Shown: positions 58,799 to 64,000 of the stretch, one piece after another
Layout: each line of letters begins with the position of its first letter
How positions within the stretch are numbered: position 1 is the first letter of the stretch
DNA from: Thermotogota bacterium
Lineage (GTDB): Bacteria; Thermotogota; Thermotogae; Petrotogales; Petrotogaceae
Direction of reading: 5' to 3'
Assembly (NCBI GenBank): GCA_051748045.1
Contig: JBNJGY010000001.1
Span: forward strand, 96,001-160,000
DNA length: 64,000 bases
Program-made: the position numbers and the translations under genes
Notes under the pieces: model-generated
The model's input: the letters and a program-made list of their open reading frames with translations, nothing else
The model's database searches: none
Told to the model about the DNA's origin: nothing

Positions 58799-60179
58799 AT
58801 TTGAAAATATTAAATCATTATTGGACAAATTATATGATGATTTTAAAAATTCTGATTTATATGGAAGAGAAATTGTAGTTACAGGCGATATCACTTCTGC
58901 AAAGTTTAGTAAAAGAAAGGATTTATTTATAGAAATATCTCAAAAAGTTAAAAACACAAACTATTCTATAACTGTTTTTTTCCCTAATGGTATGGTAAAA
59001 TATTTATTTAAAAATATAAGCTTACAGGAAACAAAAGACTTAATAAATAAAAGATGGAATATAAAAGGAAAAATTTCCTTATGGAAATCGTCAGCTAAAT
59101 ATGTCATAAATGGGTTAAGTTTGAGTGCTTTAGGCGATTCTGAAATAGAATTAAAAAGAAAAAAAATATTAAAGCTACTTGATTCTAAAAATCTTTTGCA
59201 AAAAGAAGAGCATTCCTTGGATGAACTAAACCCAATAAAAAAAATAGCAGTTATAACTTCACCAACTGCAGCTGGTTTTGGTGATTTTAAGAAAAATCTA
59301 AATGAGGCGAAAATAAATCCTCTTATACATTTGTATGAATCACCAATGCAAGGAGCTTCAACAGTACCTGGAATGAAAAACGCTTTACGAAATATTATTA
59401 AATCAAAAATAGAATATGATTTAATAGTAATAATTCGAGGGGGCGGTTCAAAATCTGATCTCATGTATTTCGATGATGAAGAAATTGGTTTTTATATTTC
59501 AAAAATGAATGAGAGAATTCCTGTATTGAGTGGTATAGGGCACGAACAAGATAAAACTATTCCTGATTATGTAGCATGGAAAAGTTACTCAACACCAACT
59601 GAGGTTTCAAAAGACATTACAAACGCTATAAATAAAAAATATGAGACTCTGGAATTGTATAGTAAAAATATTTTCTTATATTTTTCACGATTTTTTATAA
59701 CTGTTGAAAACTATATAAGTATAAAGCAGATTTATTATCTTAGTAATATGCTGAATAAAAAAATTGATAATGATGAAAATATTTTAAAAAATCAAAAGAA
59801 TAAAATTTCTCGTGAATTTTCTTTTCTTTTTAATCAAAAAGAAACCAAACTTGATTCTATTAAAGCTCGTAATATTAAACAAAAAATAAACCAAGACCTT
59901 TCTTTATTTCAAGACAAAATAGATTTTTATTATAATAACATAAATAAAAATATAAATGATTTGGTTTTTAAACAAGAAAATAAATTAGCAAATATTTATT
60001 ATAATATTACAGCTAATAGCCCATTTGCTTCATTTTTAAATAAAGGGGCTTTAATAAAAAAAGATAATAAAATAATTAGCTCTTCAAAATTTTTAAAAAA
60101 AGATGATACAGTCAACATTATTTTCAAAGATGGAAAAGTTGAAAGCAAAATCTTAAAAATACAAGAGTGGGAGGACTAA
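58767..60179 (+). CDS. xseA: Exodeoxyribonuclease VII large subunit
   Basis: N-terminal OB-like region, IAVITSPTAAGFGDF, QG, IIRGGGS..DL..F, SGIGHE.D, TPT. Confidence 0.9.
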   Translation: MLFQNENQFPKFENIKSLLDKLYDDFKNSDLYGREIVVTGDITSAKFSKRKDLFIEISQKVKNTNYSITVFFPNGMVKYLFKNISLQETKDLINKRWNIKGKISLWKSSAKYVINGLSLSALGDSEIELKRKKILKLLDSKNLLQKEEHSLDELNPIKKIAVITSPTAAGFGDFKKNLNEAKINPLIHLYESPMQGASTVPGMKNALRNIIKSKIEYDLIVIIRGGGSKSDLMYFDDEEIGFYISKMNERIPVLSGIGHEQDKTIPDYVAWKSYSTPTEVSKDITNAINKKYETLELYSKNIFLYFSRFFITVENYISIKQIYYLSNMLNKKIDNDENILKNQKNKISREFSFLFNQKETKLDSIKARNIKQKINQDLSLFQDKIDFYYNNINKNINDLVFKQENKLANIYYNITANSPFASFLNKGALIKKDNKIISSSKFLKKDDTVNIIFKDGKVESKILKIQEWED

Positions 60180-60181
60180 CT

Positions 60182-60448
60182 ATGAAGAATATTATGGAAT
60201 TAACCAAAAAAGAAATCGAAAAATTAAGTTTCAACAAACAACTTGAATATTTAGAAGAAATAAATGATTTATTTCAAAATGATAATGGTGAAATGAATGT
60301 CGAAGATGCTCTTGAATTATATAAAAAATCGTTGGAAATTTTATCAAAAGCAAAAAGCAAACTAGGCCTACTAAAAGAAGAAAAAGAAAAAATTGATTCT
60401 GAATATGAAAAATTGTTTGAAAGCGAAAAAAACGAAGATGAAGATTGA
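60182..60448 (+). CDS. xseB: Exodeoxyribonuclease VII small subunit
   Basis: LSF...LE.LEEI......G...VEDAL.LY......L....KL; follows xseA; ATG 60182 after GGAGG. Confidence 0.85.
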   Translation: MKNIMELTKKEIEKLSFNKQLEYLEEINDLFQNDNGEMNVEDALELYKKSLEILSKAKSKLGLLKEEKEKIDSEYEKLFESEKNEDED

Positions 60449-60465
60449 AATATTTTTCATTTCTT

Positions 60466-60510
60466 AACAGCTGATTTATTTGATAATATAAATCAGTTGT
60501 TTTATTTTTT
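60466..60510 (+). terminator. Intrinsic terminator after xseB
   Basis: AACAGCTGATTTAT-loop-ATAAATCAGTTGTT followed by T-rich tail. Confidence 0.7.
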
Positions 60511-60789
60511 TACCAGTGTGAAATTTTTATCATAGATATATTTTAATTAAATATTTGCATTTAATCATTCTAGATTGTCATTTTTTGACTCTATGTATAT
60601 TTTCACCACATTGTTATTGTAAATAAATTCTGTTAAAATCATATTGGATTTATTAATGTGTAAATTTAAAGACATTTTCACTTGTTGTTAAATGAAGTTA
60701 TTTTCTTATTAATTATTGTATGATTTAATAATTAATGAAAGTTGAATTTTGTTTTATTGTTTTTATATTTTTTTTAATTTATAGTGAAC

Positions 60790-60807
60790 TTGTGAATTAA
60801 ATATCAA
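60790..60807 (+). promoter_or_regulatory. Candidate Rex-type operator upstream of the hydrogenase operon
   Basis: TTGTGAA-TTAA-ATATCAA versus Rex consensus TTGTGAA-N4-TTCACAA (left arm 7/7, right arm 4/7). Confidence 0.45.
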
Positions 60808-60843
60808 TTATGATTAAATTTATCCTATTTGGGAGGGAAGAAG

Positions 60844-61362
60844 ATGACAGATTCTCTTGATATTCAAATGAAGGAACTTGAAGAGTATTTAGATAGTTTA
60901 AACCTTGAAAATGAAAATGAAGTAGAAAGAAGAAGTTATTTGATTAGAGCACTACACAAAGCTCAGCAAATTGTTGGCTATTTACCGATTGAAGTTCAAA
61001 AATTAATAGCTGAAAAATTGAGAGTTCATGCTTCACAAGTATATGGAGTAGTTACTTTCTACAATTTTTTTAGTATGAAGCCAAAAGGTAAATTCCCTAT
61101 CAGTGTTTGTTTGGGTACAGCTTGTTATGTTAGAGGCGCTGGAGATTTATTTGATGAGTTGAAAAAGATTTTAGGCCTTGAAGATAACGAAACTTCTGAA
61201 GATGGAATATTTTCTCTTCACTCTGTAAGATGTGTTGGAGCATGTGGATTAGCACCTGTTTTGATGGTTGGTGAAAAAGTTCACGGTAGAGTTAAAAAAG
61301 AAGATCTTCCACAATTGATTGAAGATTACAAAGTAAAAGCCAAAGAAGAAGGACTAATTTAA
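60844..61362 (+). CDS. [FeFe]-hydrogenase [2Fe-2S] subunit (NuoE/HydC/HndA-like)
   Basis: LH.AQ...GYLP, VYGVVTFY.FF, CLGTACYV, RCVGACGLAP; ATG 60844. Confidence 0.92.
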   Translation: MTDSLDIQMKELEEYLDSLNLENENEVERRSYLIRALHKAQQIVGYLPIEVQKLIAEKLRVHASQVYGVVTFYNFFSMKPKGKFPISVCLGTACYVRGAGDLFDELKKILGLEDNETSEDGIFSLHSVRCVGACGLAPVLMVGEKVHGRVKKEDLPQLIEDYKVKAKEEGLI

Positions 61363-61375
61363 GGAGGTTCTGGAT

Positions 61376-61771
61376 ATGTCTAAAATAAAAAGCATTGAAG
61401 AACTAATGAAAATGAAGGATGAAGCTCAACAAAATATAAAATTTAGAAATGCAGCAGATAAAAAAGAAAAGACAATTTTAAAAGTTGCAATGGGAACCTG
61501 TGGAATTTCTGCAGGGGCTAAAGAAACATTTAATAAATTAATAGATGTTATCGATAATAAAGATTTAGATGACGTTGTAGTTATTCAAACGGGTTGTATG
61601 GGTTACTGCCATGCAGAACCAACAGTTGAAGTTAATGAACCAGGTAAAGAGCCTATTTTATATGGTCATATAGATGAATCAAGAGTTGAAGAATTAGTTG
61701 AAAAACATTTGATTAAAAATGAATTACTTCAAGACTCTATCATAGGCGAAACTCATAAAAGAGCTGAATAA
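61376..61771 (+). CDS. Thioredoxin-like [2Fe-2S] ferredoxin subunit (HndB/HydD-like)
   Basis: VAMGTCGISAGA, TGCMGYC..EP.VEV. Confidence 0.88.
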   Translation: MSKIKSIEELMKMKDEAQQNIKFRNAADKKEKTILKVAMGTCGISAGAKETFNKLIDVIDNKDLDDVVVIQTGCMGYCHAEPTVEVNEPGKEPILYGHIDESRVEELVEKHLIKNELLQDSIIGETHKRAE

Positions 61772-61791
61772 GTTAGGAGGGAATAAAACTA

Positions 61792-63585
61792 ATGGCTAAT
61801 TATAAACAGTTTATCCTCATTTGTGGAGGTACAGGTTGTGTTTCCTCTGGTAGTGGGGATATTATAGATAAGTTTAATGAAATATTAGAAAAAAAGGATT
61901 TAAAAGATTCAGTTCAAATTGTTAGAACTGGTTGTTTTGGATTCTGTGAACAAGGTCCTATAGTTAAATTTTTACCGGATAACACTTTTTATGTGAAAGT
62001 TACTGAGAATGACGTTGAAGAACTCATTAATGAACATGTTATAAAAGGTAGAAGAGTAACTAAATTATTATATGAAGAACCAGAAAAAAAAGAAAGACTT
62101 GAAGAATCAACTCAAATGCCTTTTTACAAGAAACAGATAAGAATGTCATTGAGAAATGCTGGGGCTATAAATCCAGAAGACATAAAAGAATATATTGCAA
62201 ACGATGGATATTTAGGTCTAGCTAAAGCCTTGAAAGAAATGACAAGAGATGAAATAATCGAAAATTTATTAGAATCAGGTTTAAGAGGAAGAGGAGGGGG
62301 AGGATTCCCTTCAGGACTTAAATGGCAATTTGCTAAAAAAGCTAAAAGTGAAAAAAAATATATAGTTTGTAATGCTGATGAAGGTGACCCAGGAGCTTTC
62401 ATGGATAGATCTGTTCTTGAAGGAGACCCTCATAACGTGATAGAAGGAATGGCTTTAGCTGGTTATGCAGTTGGAGCTGATGAAGGGATTGTCTATATCA
62501 GAGCTGAATATCCTCTTGCTGTTCAAAGGCTAAAAAAAGCCATTAATGATGCAAAAGAATATGGTTTCTTAGGAGAAAACATATTTGATACTGGCTTTAA
62601 TTTTGATATCGATGTCAGATTAGGTGCAGGAGCTTTTGTTTGTGGTGAAGAAACTGCCTTGATGCATTCTATTGAAGGATATAGAGGCGAACCAACAACA
62701 AAACCACCTTTCCCAGCTAACAGTGGATTATGGGAAAAACCTACTCTTATAAATAATGTTGAAACTTTTGCTAATGTTCCATTAATTACTCTCAAAGGTG
62801 CAGAATGGTTTAGAAAAACTGGAACAGAAAAATCTCCAGGAACAAAAGTTTTTGCTTTAGCAGGAGCTATTAATAACGTTGGTCTTGTAGAAGTTCCTAT
62901 GGGTACTACTTTAAGAGATATAGTATTTGAAATTGGTGGAGGTATCAGAGATAATAAAGCATTTAAAGCCGTACAAACTGGTGGCCCTTCAGGAGGATGT
63001 ATTCCTGCTGATTATCTTGACACACCAATTGATTTTGATAATCTTTCTGCTTTAGGATCTATGATGGGATCTGGTGGAATGATCGTTATGGATGAAAATT
63101 CATGTATGGTAGATGTTTCTAAATTCTATCTAGAATTTACTGTTGAAGAATCATGTGGTAAATGTACTCCTTGTAGAATTGGAAATGTTAGATTACTCGA
63201 AATCCTTGAAAGAATCACAACTGGAAGAGGAACTAAAAAAGATCTTAAAGCTTTAGAAGAATTGGGTAGTGTAATTAAAGATTCATCACTCTGTGGATTA
63301 GGTCAAACAGCACCAAATCCTATACTTTCTACTTATCATTACTTTAAAGATGAGTATGTGGCTCATGTTGAAGACAAATCTTGTCCTGCTGGAGCATGTA
63401 AGAGTCTTGTAAAATATGTTATAGATGAAGAAAAATGTGTAGGTTGTACAGCTTGTGCAAGAGTATGTCCTGTTGAAGCGATAGAGGGAGAAATTAAAAA
63501 ACCTCATGAAATAGATCAAGAAAAATGTATAAAATGTGGTGCTTGTTATCAAACTTGTAGATTTGGCGCCATAAGTAAAATATAA
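61792..63585 (+). CDS. [FeFe]-hydrogenase diaphorase subunit (NuoF/HydB/HndC-like)
   Basis: N-terminal 2Fe-2S, GLRGRGGGGFP, CNADEGDPGAFMDR, GAFVCGEETAL, ESCGKCTPCR, SLCGLG, two C-terminal 4Fe-4S motifs. Confidence 0.95.
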   Translation: MANYKQFILICGGTGCVSSGSGDIIDKFNEILEKKDLKDSVQIVRTGCFGFCEQGPIVKFLPDNTFYVKVTENDVEELINEHVIKGRRVTKLLYEEPEKKERLEESTQMPFYKKQIRMSLRNAGAINPEDIKEYIANDGYLGLAKALKEMTRDEIIENLLESGLRGRGGGGFPSGLKWQFAKKAKSEKKYIVCNADEGDPGAFMDRSVLEGDPHNVIEGMALAGYAVGADEGIVYIRAEYPLAVQRLKKAINDAKEYGFLGENIFDTGFNFDIDVRLGAGAFVCGEETALMHSIEGYRGEPTTKPPFPANSGLWEKPTLINNVETFANVPLITLKGAEWFRKTGTEKSPGTKVFALAGAINNVGLVEVPMGTTLRDIVFEIGGGIRDNKAFKAVQTGGPSGGCIPADYLDTPIDFDNLSALGSMMGSGGMIVMDENSCMVDVSKFYLEFTVEESCGKCTPCRIGNVRLLEILERITTGRGTKKDLKALEELGSVIKDSSLCGLGQTAPNPILSTYHYFKDEYVAHVEDKSCPAGACKSLVKYVIDEEKCVGCTACARVCPVEAIEGEIKKPHEIDQEKCIKCGACYQTCRFGAISKI

Positions 63586-63607
63586 TTCCGAAAGGAGGAA
63601 ATATTAG

Positions 63608-64000
63608 ATGCCTAAGGTATTCGTTAATAATATAGAGATAGAAGTTCCAGATAATTCAACAGTTTTACAAGCTGTAAATAAAGCTGGAGGTTATGTTCCA
63701 ACTTTGTGTTATATGAATTTAGAAGATATAGGAGTTGAAAATAAACCTGCATCATGTAGAGTATGTGTTGTTGAGGTTGAAGGTAGAAGAAATTTGGCTC
63801 CTGCTTGTGCTACTCCAGTTTTTGAAGGTATGAAAATAAACACTCATTCAAGAAGGGCTATTAACGCTAGAAGAACTGTTGTTCAACTCTTGTTATCAGA
63901 TCATCCACAGGATTGTTTAAAATGTCCAAAAAATGGTGAGTGTGATTTACAAGATATCGCTGCAGAATTAAATATTACTCATAATCCATACATGGGAAAT
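63608..64000 (+). CDS. [FeFe]-hydrogenase catalytic subunit (HydA/HndD-like), partial, runs off the window
   Basis: Manual translation MPKVFVNNIEIEV..PTLC..ASCRVCVVEVEGRRNLAPAC.TPV..LLLSDHPQDCLKC..NGECDLQ; the H-cluster domain is outside the window. Confidence 0.8.
   Translation, partial: MPKVFVNNIEIEVPDNSTVLQAVNKAGGYVPTLCYMNLEDIGVENKPASCRVCVVEVEGRRNLAPACATPVFEGMKINTHSRRAINARRTVVQLLLSDHPQDCLKCPKNGECDLQDIAAELNITHNPYMGN

Noticed and set aside
60449-60843. Riboswitch or ncRNA in the long intergenic region
   Set aside because: Apart from the xseB terminator it is very AT-rich with no convincing structured element that I could recognise.
60844-63585. nuoE/nuoF-like genes as respiratory complex I
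   Set aside because: No membrane nuo genes in the window; the order with a thioredoxin-like ferredoxin and a HydA-type N-terminus fits a soluble hydrogenase better.

Overview
AT-rich (by eye under 30% GC), gene-dense chromosomal window from an anaerobic bacterium. The gene set and protein styles point to Thermotogota, probably Petrotogales (inference). Contents in order: a minus-strand operon (amrA, amrS, apbE, Gx transporter, maf, radC, TPR-like protein, deoC) divergent from a complete F1Fo ATP synthase operon whose c subunit has a Na+-type signature; an M18 aminopeptidase followed by two orphan ORFs; glpX; an Opp/Dpp-family ABC transporter with three solute-binding paralogs; rqcP-like S4 protein, rarA, hflKC and a lipoprotein; a long tightly coupled minus-strand run (asp23, nusB, dxs, beta-barrel-like protein, mutS2, FtsA-like actin-fold ATPase, acpS, ligA, yqeY, TolB-like protein, GAF protein, Nudix); remA-like gene, clpP and mutS; CDF transporter, obgE, nadD and tRNA-Leu(GAG); cheW; a CYTH-like ORF with rsmI, xseA and xseB; and the start of a multimeric electron-bifurcating-type [FeFe]-hydrogenase operon. 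No CRISPR array, prophage or IS element was seen. Most notable: (1) an actin-fold ATPase whose C-terminal third looks like five interdigitated ubiquitin-like beta-grasp units, abutting mutS2; (2) mutS2 and ligA both have conserved N-termini upstream of any in-frame ATG/GTG/TTG, suggesting ATT initiation; (3) a pair of possible nitrilase-fold pseudoenzymes; (4) candidate operators and duplicated leaders. All assignments come from motif recognition; no searches were run.
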